64,000 nucleotides of DNA from an uncultured delta proteobacterium (GTDB lineage: Bacteria > Desulfobacterota > WTBG01). Shown one piece after another: positions 41,308 to 51,605 of this stretch. Every line of letters starts with the position of its first letter. Positions within the stretch are counted from its first letter, which is position 1. A program made the translations under genes and the position numbers. The stretch covers positions 96,001-160,000 of the forward strand of contig CAWCBP010000002.1 of assembly GCA_963793865.1 (NCBI GenBank), in the 5' to 3' direction. Under the pieces are notes generated by a model that was not told where the DNA came from, searched no databases, and saw only the letters and a list, made by a program, of their open reading frames with translations.

Positions 41308-42255
41308 TCACCCTCCTGTTACCAGCCCCACACCGGCGTCAAACGCCTTCTTCAGCTGATCGGGATGTTTCAGCACGACACCTTTTTTGTTTGCATCCAA
41401 TCCATGCGACATGCCCTCGAATCCGCATGCGGAAAGCGCCTCCGCCGTCTCAATTCCGTGGAGCTTCAGGATCACCATAATATTCTGCATGACAAAATCA
41501 TAGGTGTCATCATAGGGATATCCCCAGGTGCCGATGACCATCGCCCGCCGGCCCGGCTTCAGGCTGGGCTGGAACTTGAAGCGTTCAAAACAGTCCCAGC
41601 GGTCCAGAAAAGTTGAAAGCTGGGCGCACTCCCGGCCGGTATAAATGGGAAAGCCGATAACGATGGCATCTGAATCGATTACCCTCTGATAGATGCCGGT
41701 CATGTCGTCTTTGACAAGACACATACCCTCATAGCCCTGGTCTTTGCATTTCCTGCAGCCAAGGCAGAATCCCATTTTTATCTCCTGCAGCATGATCTTC
41801 TCGCCCTGAGCGCCGGCGCTTCTCACCCCTTTCAGCACTTCTTCAACAAGAATATCTGTATTCCCGTTCTTTCGCGGGCTGGCACAAAAGGCGATGACCT
41901 TCATGTCCCGGGGGGCCTTTGCCGGCTTGCCCAGTGCGGGATGCTCCCAGCGCTTTACCAGAACGCGCCGGGCATTGTCCGCCTCTTTGCTGTCGTAGGT
42001 GTCAAGCACCACACTTTTATACTCCGCCATGTTTTCCCACATTTGAAACAGGGGATCATAGCCCTTATCTACAACATATTTTGCAGCCTTGATGGCCAGG
42101 TCACGCCCGGCCTCTTTCACACGCTCTGCCGTCATGAGTAGGGAAATGATGTCCATGAGCTTTTCCTCCCGCCCCTTCTTCATCATGGCGGGGGTGAACT
42201 GCAGCAGTTGATCCACAATCGCTTGTCCTTCCGGGCTTATTGCAGGCCTTTGCAT
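41308..42255 (-). CDS. Iron-sulfur flavoprotein with a ~115-aa N-terminal extension
   Basis: ASPRKNGNT, FCLGCRKC..C..KDDM, SDAIVIGFPIY, FLDR. Confidence 0.85.
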   Translation of the reverse strand: MQRPAISPEGQAIVDQLLQFTPAMMKKGREEKLMDIISLLMTAERVKEAGRDLAIKAAKYVVDKGYDPLFQMWENMAEYKSVVLDTYDSKEADNARRVLVKRWEHPALGKPAKAPRDMKVIAFCASPRKNGNTDILVEEVLKGVRSAGAQGEKIMLQEIKMGFCLGCRKCKDQGYEGMCLVKDDMTGIYQRVIDSDAIVIGFPIYTGRECAQLSTFLDRWDCFERFKFQPSLKPGRRAMVIGTWGYPYDDTYDFVMQNIMVILKLHGIETAEALSACGFEGMSHGLDANKKGVVLKHPDQLKKAFDAGVGLVTGG

Positions 42256-42585
42256 GAATATCCTCCTTGGGGTACGGCGTACAGCTGGAGTAATGGAGTG
42301 TTGGAGTGATGAAGTGTTGGATACTAGATGCTGGAGTAGTGGAGTAATGGAGTACTGGGAAATGCCCCTGCCTCCTATACTCTATCCTTCGCGGCTAAAG
42401 CCGCTCCTACCGGGGTCTCATCTCTCTTCGCAGATCGCACATCACCCGCATCTGACTCCATCGCTCCTGGTAATAATCGCCGAGAATACATTATCGCCGG
42501 ACAGGGCACCTTGTCAACCCGGAACTGGCAGCCAACAAGGCTAAAATTATAATTTCAAGATCTACCCCGGCATGGCCTCACCCAC

Positions 42586-42647
42586 GTAGGGGCAACCCCC
42601 TGTGGTTGCCCTTTCGTATTCGGGCAGGCACAGGGGCCTGCCCCTAC
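42586..42647. repeat. REP doublet, family B (GTAGGGGC..GCCCCTAC); copies at 57758-57819 and 62768-62828
   Basis: Three 61-62 bp near-identical inverted doublets. Confidence 0.88.
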
Positions 42648-42714
42648 AGGCTCATTTTATTGCTTATTTTCCTTGGTGTCATCCCCGGAAGTGGAGATAC
42701 GGCCTTTTAATGAA

Positions 42715-42777
42715 ATGGAGGATCACGCTCCGCCGTGGCCGCAAATAAAATCGGACGCAACGGAGTGCGTCCCTCCA
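42715..42777. repeat. REP-like family C (GGACGCAACGGAGTGCGTCCCTCCA); copies near 40580, 50231 and inverted near 62720
   Basis: Recurring hairpin GGACGCA-ACGGAG-TGCGTCC. Confidence 0.8.
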
Positions 42778-42813
42778 CGGATGGCTTTCTGTAACCAATA
42801 CTCCACTACTCCA

Positions 42814-44349
42814 TCACTCCATTACCCCGCTTCTCTTCAGATGCTCCAGAAGCCGGACCATTGCCAGGGAATCCTGTTCGCAATACGCCAGCAGGGCCTT
42901 TCGCAGGCGCGCTTTTTCCCTCGGCGCCAGCTCATTGCCGGTAAGCTTCTCATATGCGACGCCTGCCTGCAGACCGTCAGCTATTGCCATATTTTCGTAG
43001 CTCATGGAAGGCACCAGCGCCGGGAGGACATGCTTGATGGAAAATGAGCCCAGGAACGCGGGATGATATACATTGGCGCGTATGACTTTAAGCAGGTCCC
43101 AGAGCCGCTCCCTGACCGCTTCTATTCGCCCGGCATAGCGGGGAAACGCGCCGGCAAGCAGGCTTAGGCATCGCGACTCGAAATCACTGTAAACGACAAT
43201 CTTCGCCTGCCGGTGCTCCTCAAGAACAGGGAGAAGCCTTTCAATAAATGCGCGGCGCGGATCGCCGCCGTCGCCGTTAAGAAATTCGTAATGTTCAAGC
43301 CGCGCGCGGGGACCCGGCTTGAGATGAACCGACCACTGAAAAGGGATCTGATCATAGGGGTGCATACCCGCGTACCTGGGCAACGCGGGAAATGCGGTCT
43401 CAAAGTCCATGAAATAAAGAGGATAATCCAGTTTCGAAATGATAGTGCGGAGATTTCCGTCGTAGTAGGGCCTGTTTTTTCTGATACAGTCGAGGGCCCT
43501 CTTTTGAACTCCGCTCAGGGGGTAATGACCCGGTATTTTCAAAACCGACGTGATGCCCCCGGCGATCAGTTCATCCTGCTTTTTCCCGATCCCCGGCAGG
43601 TTTCCCACCCAGTCATCCGCCTGCCCATCGTGGCAGTGATCATAAAACTCACAGCCAAAAGGCACGCTGCACCGGGTGCCGCAGACGACATCAGGTGCTT
43701 TCTTCAATGCAAGCACCTTCCACTGCCCGGAAAGCAGCGCCGGCAATTCCTTTTCAAACTGACGAATCTCATCTCTCAGGCTTTGTATGCTAAAGAGCCT
43801 TGCAACTTTCGTCTTGCTCTTGGTGCCCTCCTTTTTTTTCGTGATCTTCGTGGTTGCAAGATTGTGCGTCTTTCCGTCATACTCGTACTGCTTGTTGATG
43901 TGCATGAGGCAGGCATCCGCCACTTTGTAGCCGCATCCCTCAAGCACATACCTCTGGATGGCCACATCGGGGATGTGCTTGGCGTCGACCCCGGTTGAAG
44001 ATTTGACCTCTATAAGGCGCCAGCGGTTGCCCGGCAGGCGCACTAATATGTCGGCACGAACGTAAATATCTTCAAAGCTGAAGGCCCCTTCAAAGATGAC
44101 AGGTATAGTTTTATCCGCCATCAATTCCCTGGTGTGGGACACGGCCTCCCGGTGGGCCAGGTGATCCTCGCTCAGCAACACTCCTGAAGGGAACGACTGC
44201 CGGGCAAGCCGCCCCACTTCGTGGCCCTGGGCAAACAGCGCCTCCAGCTGCTCATCCGGCTTTTCAGCCAGGTGGGGCTCATGACAGAGCAGATACAGCC
44301 TCTTCGGGCATTGCAAACCTGCAAGAAATTTTGATTTAGATAGGTTCAT
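42814..44349 (-). CDS. DUF2779 domain protein (PD-(D/E)xK nuclease-like N-terminus plus RNase H-like domain)
   Basis: LSKS.F..G.QC.KRL.L, G.EVG..AR..FP.G, IFEGAF, RADIL, IEVKSST, YFMDFET..PA.P.Y..HPY.QIPFQWS.H, GSFSIK.VLP, YCEQD. Confidence 0.88.
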   Translation of the reverse strand: MNLSKSKFLAGLQCPKRLYLLCHEPHLAEKPDEQLEALFAQGHEVGRLARQSFPSGVLLSEDHLAHREAVSHTRELMADKTIPVIFEGAFSFEDIYVRADILVRLPGNRWRLIEVKSSTGVDAKHIPDVAIQRYVLEGCGYKVADACLMHINKQYEYDGKTHNLATTKITKKKEGTKSKTKVARLFSIQSLRDEIRQFEKELPALLSGQWKVLALKKAPDVVCGTRCSVPFGCEFYDHCHDGQADDWVGNLPGIGKKQDELIAGGITSVLKIPGHYPLSGVQKRALDCIRKNRPYYDGNLRTIISKLDYPLYFMDFETAFPALPRYAGMHPYDQIPFQWSVHLKPGPRARLEHYEFLNGDGGDPRRAFIERLLPVLEEHRQAKIVVYSDFESRCLSLLAGAFPRYAGRIEAVRERLWDLLKVIRANVYHPAFLGSFSIKHVLPALVPSMSYENMAIADGLQAGVAYEKLTGNELAPREKARLRKALLAYCEQDSLAMVRLLEHLKRSGVME

Positions 44350-44839
44350 CTATAAGGGTACAGGGTGTAGGGTATAGGGTCAAAAACGCTGTTAATGGTC
44401 ATTTGTCTTATATGGTCTTGATGTCATCACCTTTGGAGTACCGGAGTAGTGGAGTAATGTATACAAACTTTTGCTCCCGTACTATGAATCTATCGCCATA
44501 CTGTTCGTGCTCTTATGGTCACCAATTTGGAGTATTGGAGTGGTGGAGTGGTGGAGTAATGGATAATGACACCAGCTTTTCTATCTGCATTCTGTATCCT
44601 ACTCTACCACCGGGGTGTGACAGATGTGGTCACTGGAAATAAAATGAGGGTACAGGGTTGAGGGTGCAGGAACAGTTGACAGTTGACAGTTTGCCGTTAC
44701 CGGCTTACAGGCACCCCTACTTAACTGTCGACCCTTAACTGCAAGTTTTTTATTGTAAACTGTAAACCGTCAACTGTAAACTGTTCTTTCCTCCTGCATT
44801 CTGCATCTTCATACTGAAACATTTCCCCTCACAAATCCC

Positions 44840-44887
44840 TTGACAATACATTCTTGTCGAGTATATTAGATTAACATATATGTTAAT
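44840..44887 (+). promoter_or_regulatory. Sigma-70 promoter with a palindromic operator for the AbiE operon
   Basis: TTGACA(44840)-N16-TATATT(44862), followed by the perfect 18-bp palindrome ATTAACATATATGTTAAT (44870-44887). Confidence 0.7.
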
Positions 44888-44899
44888 TATGTGTATCTT

Positions 44900-45484
44900 A
44901 TGAAACTCACCCAACTCGGCAGCATAAAGAAACTGTATTTCGGTTATGAGGACGTGGCCAAAGCTCTTGCTATCAATCCCGACTCGGCCCGGGTGACGGT
45001 CAGCCGGTATGTTTCCCAGGGATTGCTGGTACGTGTCAAAAGGAACATATACGTGCTCCGGGAAAAGTGGAACGCAGCAAGCAGGGAAGAAAAATTCCAG
45101 CTTGCCAACCTGGGACAGGTGCCATCGTACATTTCCCTCATGACTGCCCTTGATTATTATGAAATCACCACCCAGATGCAGCGAGAACTTATCGAATCAG
45201 TTGCTGTTACAAGGACAAAAGAAATACAATTGCCCGGCAGCGTGTTTCTCTATACCAGAATCAGCAATCCCCGTTATTTCGGGTTCACTAAACACAAAGG
45301 TTTTTTTATAGCCACCCCTGAGAAGGCTTTTCTGGATGCCATGTACCTGATGTCATTTGGACGCTACCATCTCGACCTGGCCTCCCTCGACCGGGACAGA
45401 ATTAAAAGAGGTGAGGTGAGGCGGATGATCAGCACCTTTCCTCTGAAAACAAAAAAATTGCTGGAGAAACATGGATATCTTTAG
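44900..45484 (+). CDS. abiEi: Type IV toxin-antitoxin antitoxin, AbiEi-like (wHTH)
   Basis: N-terminal wHTH (SR.V..G.L.RVKRNIY), PSYISL.TAL.YY.I..Q, IATPEKAFLD. Confidence 0.85.
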   Translation: MKLTQLGSIKKLYFGYEDVAKALAINPDSARVTVSRYVSQGLLVRVKRNIYVLREKWNAASREEKFQLANLGQVPSYISLMTALDYYEITTQMQRELIESVAVTRTKEIQLPGSVFLYTRISNPRYFGFTKHKGFFIATPEKAFLDAMYLMSFGRYHLDLASLDRDRIKRGEVRRMISTFPLKTKKLLEKHGYL

Positions 45485-46142
45485 AAGGCATGAAATGTTT
45501 GAAATCGAGGTCCTGGATGTCATGAAGCGCGCAAAGCTGCTTGATGCTCTGGTGTTCGGCGGGGGTTCAATGCTCAGGCTTTGCCACGAGCTGAACAGGT
45601 ATTCCGCCGATCTCGACTTCTGGTTTGTTAAGAGGATATCTCACACTGCATATTTAAACAGAATGCGGAAGGCCCTTGAAACGGAGTACCAGATTACCGA
45701 CGCACAGATAAAACACTTTACAATTTTAGTGGAATTACGCTCTCCCGGTTATCCCAGGAAGCTCAAGCTTGAAATACGCAGGGAAAAGAAGGAATGGGAT
45801 GTCCAGGAAAGCATTGCCTTTTCCAAAGACAGCACCAAACAGGTCATGCTCAAAACGCACACGCTGGAACAAACCATCCAAAATAAGTTTGAAGCCTTTC
45901 TTGACCGGGGTGAAATCCGGGATTGCTTTGATATAGAATTCCTGCTGCGCCGGGGCGTTGACTGCCCGCTGCTGGATGGCAGTCAGTTAGAAGCTTTTAA
46001 GAAAAAGCTTTCTGGCTTTAAAGAGAGAGATTACAAAGTCAAGCTTGGCTCTATCCTGGAGAGTGATGACCGGGATTACTATACCAAAAACAAGTTCAGT
46101 TATCTCCGGGAAACATTGGCATCAAAAGGTGCCAGGGATTAG
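45471..46142 (+). CDS. abiEii: Type IV toxin-antitoxin toxin, AbiEii-like nucleotidyltransferase
   Basis: LVFGGGSMLRLCH..NRYSADLDF, K..A..DR..IRDCFDI; overlaps the antitoxin by 14 nt. Confidence 0.88.
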   Translation: MDIFRRHEMFEIEVLDVMKRAKLLDALVFGGGSMLRLCHELNRYSADLDFWFVKRISHTAYLNRMRKALETEYQITDAQIKHFTILVELRSPGYPRKLKLEIRREKKEWDVQESIAFSKDSTKQVMLKTHTLEQTIQNKFEAFLDRGEIRDCFDIEFLLRRGVDCPLLDGSQLEAFKKKLSGFKERDYKVKLGSILESDDRDYYTKNKFSYLRETLASKGARD

Positions 46143-46306
46143 GGTACAGAGGTCAGGGTTTAGGTTGCCAGGCATTCCTCTTTAAACATTGACGCTTCGT
46201 TATCTACTTTGGAATGTAAACTTCAAAATCCATGAGTTGACAAAATATCTCTGGTATGCTCTTTTTAAAGCAATAAAATTAATCGATTGATTTCGGGAGG
46301 TACAAC

Positions 46307-48046
46307 ATGAAGATACTGCGACAAAAACCACTCACTGTATTTGGCATTCTGACATGCTTCATCTTCCTGCTGCTGGGATCATCATGCATGCAGGGGGAAA
46401 AAATCGGCGTTGTTTATGTGGTGCATGGTGGTTTTGAGCAGTACCACCCGCAGCACCTGTGGGATTCCTCGGTGCAGTTATTTTCCTACAACCCCAACCA
46501 TCCGGTCTACAAGCTCTATCTCTGGAACAGCAATAATTGGGGGGAAATGCTCAAGGCAGGCGATGCCCCCAAGGAGATCCGTAAATATTCATTTGAATAC
46601 GGCCGGATCGGCGGAAAAGATCCCTTCCATGCGCTTACCGATGAGCAGCTCGCTCATCTGGAGCAGGAACTGAACAGCAGCGGTAGCGGTAAAACGTTTG
46701 TGGTGGATTATGCCGCCTGGATGTCGGCGGACCGCATAGAACATTATCCCTATCCCCGTTATCTCTACAATCCCCCTTCGGCCATGCCGTACGCTGACAA
46801 CATCACCTATTGCGGTGAGCAGGAGGCCGACGGTCCATGGGATGACTGCGATCCCGAACGCTACAACGTGGACGGGCCGATCGATCGGCTCCTGGATGCG
46901 AAGGTGGATAAGATAATCGTTGTCGATCTCACCACCGGCGGCGTCCGCTTCTTTAAAACCTTCGATGTCATCACCATGATGAAACGCGCCCTGGCTGACA
47001 GGGGATCAGATATACCGCTCATCTGGGCCAATGACCCGACCAGCCTCATGGAACGGTCCTATCCGACCGCACCCGCAGGCTGGACGGAAACGCTGGGTGA
47101 ACCCGCGGTCGATCCCAGTGTCCCCCTCGAAGGAAATCCCGACCCCGTTTCATCCGATCCCGATCTGGCGCTGCTGTTTGTTGAGGGAATCGAAACGGTT
47201 ATGCCGGAATCGGTTGCTGATGCCGATACCGGAATTCTCCTCCTTAACCATGCAACACGCGACTGGAATCAGCTGTTCGATCCTAAAATTGACGATACCC
47301 TTGTGCTCAATAAAAATATCGAGGCCCTGCTGCTGGACCGTCATCCTGAAATCGATCCTGCAAATATCGTCGGGGCATTTATGGGCATCAAAGAGATCAA
47401 TCCGGAGAATGGGTTAAATGAACGTACCCGGGAAATGCGCGGTGAAAATATCGGCCACGCCTATCTCTATGAAATTCTTCCGCCTGCCCTCCCGGCGGGC
47501 AAATGGGGCTATCTCTACTGGGATGCCCTTGAATACCTCAAGAACCGGGGTGTCCGCCATATCGTCATTGCCTTTCCGCAGATCACCACGGATTCGGTAC
47601 TGAATCTGGTCGAACAGCATAACCAGATTGCCAAAGAAATCGGGAAAAAGACCTGGATATACTGGAAGGAGGGTGATTTTGAAACCTATCCCGGTGTGGG
47701 ACACCCCTTTGCCGATTACTGGGGTAATTGGGTTGATACCGACTGTGGCGGCACGCCCTGCTGCTTTGAAATGGGCGGCTGCGATGATGGCCGGCCCTAC
47801 CCGCCGCCGCGGCAGACACCCCTCGACACGCCGCGGGGAGACCTGGATCCCTCGCTGGCCTATGAGGTGAGTGACTACGGGCATCTCGGTTATAATCCGG
47901 AACTGGGACCACCGGATCCCAACGGTCCTGTTCAGGCACAATATACCGGTACATGGGCCTACTACCGCCCGCCCAACGATGACACCCGTGTGGGAGAGCT
48001 ACTCGCAAAGCACGTACTTGCTTCACTCCAGAGTGAAACCGAATAG
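46307..48046 (+). CDS. Uncharacterised exported or lipoprotein, 579 aa, weakly chelatase-like alpha/beta pattern
   Basis: GGAGG RBS, hydrophobic leader ending LGSSC; VVYVVHGG, ILLLNH and HIVIAFPQ strands; function not assignable. Confidence 0.7.
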   Translation: MKILRQKPLTVFGILTCFIFLLLGSSCMQGEKIGVVYVVHGGFEQYHPQHLWDSSVQLFSYNPNHPVYKLYLWNSNNWGEMLKAGDAPKEIRKYSFEYGRIGGKDPFHALTDEQLAHLEQELNSSGSGKTFVVDYAAWMSADRIEHYPYPRYLYNPPSAMPYADNITYCGEQEADGPWDDCDPERYNVDGPIDRLLDAKVDKIIVVDLTTGGVRFFKTFDVITMMKRALADRGSDIPLIWANDPTSLMERSYPTAPAGWTETLGEPAVDPSVPLEGNPDPVSSDPDLALLFVEGIETVMPESVADADTGILLLNHATRDWNQLFDPKIDDTLVLNKNIEALLLDRHPEIDPANIVGAFMGIKEINPENGLNERTREMRGENIGHAYLYEILPPALPAGKWGYLYWDALEYLKNRGVRHIVIAFPQITTDSVLNLVEQHNQIAKEIGKKTWIYWKEGDFETYPGVGHPFADYWGNWVDTDCGGTPCCFEMGGCDDGRPYPPPRQTPLDTPRGDLDPSLAYEVSDYGHLGYNPELGPPDPNGPVQAQYTGTWAYYRPPNDDTRVGELLAKHVLASLQSETE

Positions 48047-48582
48047 CAACTTGCTTACACGGGAAAAGAATCGTATGGAAGCGAGGGATACTATGCAAGA
48101 TTCGGCACGGCATGAAATGCCGAGGTGCTCTTGCCAGTGTCATTTCCAGAAGTTCATTACATAAGAGGTCACGATATACATCGTCGTTGCGAGCGCAGCG
48201 AAGCAATCTCATGCTGTGTAACACGTTGCTTTTATTGGATGATATTGCTTCGTCGCTGATGCTCCTCGCAACGACCCTATTAGTGCTTCATTGCTTTATT
48301 TTTGTCATTGCGAGCCCTTCGCATGCGCTCAGGATAAACTCCGCGCGGCAATCTCGTTTTTGGACAAGAGCGCTGTCATTACAAATAACATCAATTGGTT
48401 AGTGTGGTCCGACCCCAGTCGACAACCTATGGACATCAGGATAATTTTATGATAGAAAAAGGTGTTCTAGTAATGCACCGAAGTAAGATTGCCGCACGTC
48501 GCGGGCGTGGTATACCAGCAGGTAACGGCGAGCTGATTCGGACACTTTAAACATCCTTCAATCACATCAATAAGAGGGCTCC

Positions 48583-50163
48583 TTGGAATTTACCAAACGC
48601 GCATTGCATCAATCGATCCACAAGGGCATAGAAAAAGCGGGCTTTGCGAAAAGTCTGCCTGTGCAGAAGCAAACCTTTGAGCAGGTGCTTGACAAGGGAC
48701 GGGACGTCTGCGTGCAGTCCCAGACCGGCACGGGTAAAACAGCAGCTTTCCTCATATCCATTTTTCAACTCCTCCTCACCCACGATGATTTTAAGGGAAA
48801 AAAGGCGCTGATTGTCGCGCCCACCCGCGAACTGGCAGTTCAGATCACAGAAGAAGCGCAGCTACTGGGACAGTATACCAAATTGCGAACGGGCTGTTTT
48901 TTCGGAGGGGTTGATTTTACCAAACAGGAGAACTTGCTGCGAAAAGGGGTGGACATTATTGTGGGAACCCCGGGACGATTGCTTGATTTCAGTCAGCAGG
49001 GAAAGCTGGATTTGAAAAAGGTCAGCATCCTGGTGATAGACGAGGCCGACCGGCTTTTTGACATGGGATTTCTGCCGGACATCAGAAGGCTGCTCAAAAA
49101 GACGCCTTCCCATACGGAGCGGCGCACCATGCTCTTCAGCGCCACGCTCGACTCCCGGGTCAAGGAACTTGCCTGGGAACACATGAACGACCCCGCGGAA
49201 ATAAAGATAACGCCTGAGCAGGTGACCGTGGAAAGTGTATCCCAGGAACTGTACCACGTTGAACAGCGTGAAAAGATGAAACTGCTGCTCGGCATCCTTA
49301 AAAGGGAGCGGCCGAAAAACGTCCTCATCTTCACCAACACCAAACACATGGCCTATGAGGTGGCGCAGCGTCTCTCCCGCAACGGATTTGATTGCCAGTA
49401 TATCATGGGTGACCTGCCGCAGAACAAACGCTTACAGGTTATCGAAGGCATCAAAACCGGGAGAATAAAATACCTGGTTGCAACCGAAGTTGCCGCCCGG
49501 GGGCTTCATATTGATGACCTGGAACTGGTGATCAACTATGATCTTCCCGCCGAGTGCGAAAGCTATGTACATCGGATCGGGCGCACCGCGCGGGTGGGAA
49601 AGTCCGGCAAGGCCATATCCTTTGCCTGTGACAAATACGTCTACGGTCTTGAAGCAATAGAATCCTTCACCAAAATGAAAATTCCCGTGGTGTGGGCGGA
49701 TGATGCGCTGTTTGAAAAAGACAGGAGTGAGGGCATGACCTTCCGCCAGCCCAGAGGCGGTCGAATGACGGAGCCAGCCGGTAAACCATCATCAAAAACC
49801 AGGCGTTCCCCGGCGGTTCAGAGACCGGCGCCTTCCGGGAAAAAGCCCCGCCGGGTTTCCCGCGGCGACCGGCATGCGCAAACCGGAACGGGTCAGGACA
49901 AAGGCATCACCCGGGAACAAACCGGAACCGTCAAGGCTGCTCCGGCGCCCCGGCGAGAGAGGGTTGACAAGCAATCGTCCCACAAGACCGTTTCCCGCCC
50001 GGGAAGTAACAGCACGCCTGAAGAACGGATTGCCTATTACAAAAAGAAGTATGGTGAAAACTTTACCTCCCGCGCACCGGGGGCCCCGGCACCCGTCGAC
50101 CATCAGAAGCCCAAACGAAAGAAGTCCCTGCTCAAAAAAATCAGAGACTTCCTGAAAAAATAA
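48583..50163 (+). CDS. DEAD-box RNA helicase (RhlB-like) with a basic disordered C-tail
   Basis: Q motif, QTGTGKT, PTREL, TPGRL, DEAD, SAT, ARGL, HRIGRTAR; TTG start. Confidence 0.95.
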   Translation: MEFTKRALHQSIHKGIEKAGFAKSLPVQKQTFEQVLDKGRDVCVQSQTGTGKTAAFLISIFQLLLTHDDFKGKKALIVAPTRELAVQITEEAQLLGQYTKLRTGCFFGGVDFTKQENLLRKGVDIIVGTPGRLLDFSQQGKLDLKKVSILVIDEADRLFDMGFLPDIRRLLKKTPSHTERRTMLFSATLDSRVKELAWEHMNDPAEIKITPEQVTVESVSQELYHVEQREKMKLLLGILKRERPKNVLIFTNTKHMAYEVAQRLSRNGFDCQYIMGDLPQNKRLQVIEGIKTGRIKYLVATEVAARGLHIDDLELVINYDLPAECESYVHRIGRTARVGKSGKAISFACDKYVYGLEAIESFTKMKIPVVWADDALFEKDRSEGMTFRQPRGGRMTEPAGKPSSKTRRSPAVQRPAPSGKKPRRVSRGDRHAQTGTGQDKGITREQTGTVKAAPAPRRERVDKQSSHKTVSRPGSNSTPEERIAYYKKKYGENFTSRAPGAPAPVDHQKPKRKKSLLKKIRDFLKK

Positions 50164-50173
50164 AAACTACCGT

Positions 50174-50220
50174 TCAACCACGAATCTCACGAAGAAAAAA
50201 AGGAAGAGCACGAAGAAAGC
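50174..50220. repeat. CACGAA-repeat element, family E; copies at 57540-57645, 62840-62881, near 55972 and inside the DUF2779 gene
   Basis: CAACCACGAA..CACGAAG..A-rich..GCACGAAG recurs in both orientations. Confidence 0.75.
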
Positions 50221-50357
50221 AGATCATAAATGGACGCAACGGAGTGCGTCCCTCCATGTGCTTCAATCCGAAACCATTACCCCATTACTCCACTACTCCA
50301 TTACTCCAGAAACGAACTTCCCTTTTGCCCCTGTACCCTGTCCCCTGTACCCTCTCT

Positions 50358-51605
50358 TTATAGCACCGAAAGATCATCGGGGGAAGGCGGGTATCCGGCA
50401 AATAAAGGCATGGGCGGGGGAAGACCGAAGGTATGTTGAAGGGTGATGCTGCCATCTTCGGCTGCTTTCCTGATTATCTTCAACTCGTCAAATGAATCAC
50501 CCTGGACCGTGCTCAGATATGCCCACTTCTTCGCCCGGGCAATACCCACAAAAAGCATCCTTTGCCTGCTGCTGCCGGTCACCCAGGGAAACGATCTGTC
50601 AACCAGCCGGGGCATGAGGATGCTGTCAAAGGTAAGCCCTTTCGCGCTGTGGTAGGTGGAAATCTTGGGACGCACGCTTGCAAAATTCAAGGGCTGATCA
50701 TTATCAGACAACACGTCGGGGTGAATCGCCTTCTCCACGGTAATACCCCTCTCCTCCAATCCCCTGGTGATGCTGTGAATCTGCCGCTTGGTCGGAACAA
50801 CGATCCCGATCATCTCGTTTAAGGTTTGACGCCGCACAATAATTTCCGCCAGCCGGTCCATCTCCTCCTGAACCGAAGGGGCTTCAAAGCACAGGGGCTG
50901 TTCCCTGACCTGCTGTTCGGTGCGGCATTGCGACAAATACTGCCTGCGATGTTCCGGGTCTTCGATGAAGCAGGAGGCAAGTCCCGCGATACAGGGCGAA
51001 TTCCGGTACCCGGAAAGCAGTGTCGCATTGCGCCGGGGTATGCCCAGGGTTTCCAGTATCTGAGCCTCCGGCGCACCGTCTTCAAAGATTTTTTGAAGCG
51101 GATCGGTGAACACGGTTACGTGCCGCGCAGCCAGCTTGAGGATTTCATAAGCCTCCCCGCTCAGGTCCTGACCTTCGTCCACCAGGATAAAATCAAGCAG
51201 CCCCTGCAGCGGCGCAGCTTCCCGGAGCAGGCGCAGCACCGCGGTGCGAACCTGGCCGAAGTTGATGGTCCTCCCGCCCCCTGCCCTCGGCAGCCTGCGG
51301 GAGATGCCGGCCTCATAGACAAGCCGGCACCAGTGGTCAAAGGTGCTCACCGAGTCTTCAGGCAAACAAAGCAGCTTGAGAGCGGACCTGATGTATTCTT
51401 TTATGACGTTGGTAAAAACAAATATCCGGTATCGTCCCGGAGGAACACTATAGCTCTCAACTATATGGGCCGCGCGATGGACAAGGACCTGGGTTTTGCC
51501 GGAACCGGGGGGACCCGCGATGAGCCGGTGTTCCGTGGTGGGCATTTCCGCCACCCGCAGCTGCTCGGGTGTCAGCTCTGTTCGCGGCAGCAGCCAGGTG
51601 TTCAC
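50358..51605 (-). CDS. Compact superfamily 1 (UvrD-like) helicase/ATPase, 415 aa
   Basis: GPPGSGKT, LVDEGQD, D..QKIF, YRNS, TYHSAKGLTFD, LFVGIARAK; GTGA overlap with the upstream Hsp70. Confidence 0.9.
   Translation of the reverse strand: MNTWLLPRTELTPEQLRVAEMPTTEHRLIAGPPGSGKTQVLVHRAAHIVESYSVPPGRYRIFVFTNVIKEYIRSALKLLCLPEDSVSTFDHWCRLVYEAGISRRLPRAGGGRTINFGQVRTAVLRLLREAAPLQGLLDFILVDEGQDLSGEAYEILKLAARHVTVFTDPLQKIFEDGAPEAQILETLGIPRRNATLLSGYRNSPCIAGLASCFIEDPEHRRQYLSQCRTEQQVREQPLCFEAPSVQEEMDRLAEIIVRRQTLNEMIGIVVPTKRQIHSITRGLEERGITVEKAIHPDVLSDNDQPLNFASVRPKISTYHSAKGLTFDSILMPRLVDRSFPWVTGSSRQRMLFVGIARAKKWAYLSTVQGDSFDELKIIRKAAEDGSITLQHTFGLPPPMPLFAGYPPSPDDLSVL

Noticed and set aside
40476..42544. Short ORFs made of WSxGVME / HYSITP-type peptides (40476, 40572, 41105, 42254)
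   Set aside because: Translations of the 8-mer intergenic repeats, not genes.
42814..44349. Cas4-like nuclease motifs as part of a CRISPR-Cas system
   Set aside because: No cas1/cas2 or array in the window; the motifs fit a stand-alone DUF2779 protein.
48470..48550. GC-rich, possibly structured leader upstream of the DEAD-box helicase; tRNA or riboswitch considered
   Set aside because: No cloverleaf, T-loop or recognisable riboswitch consensus.
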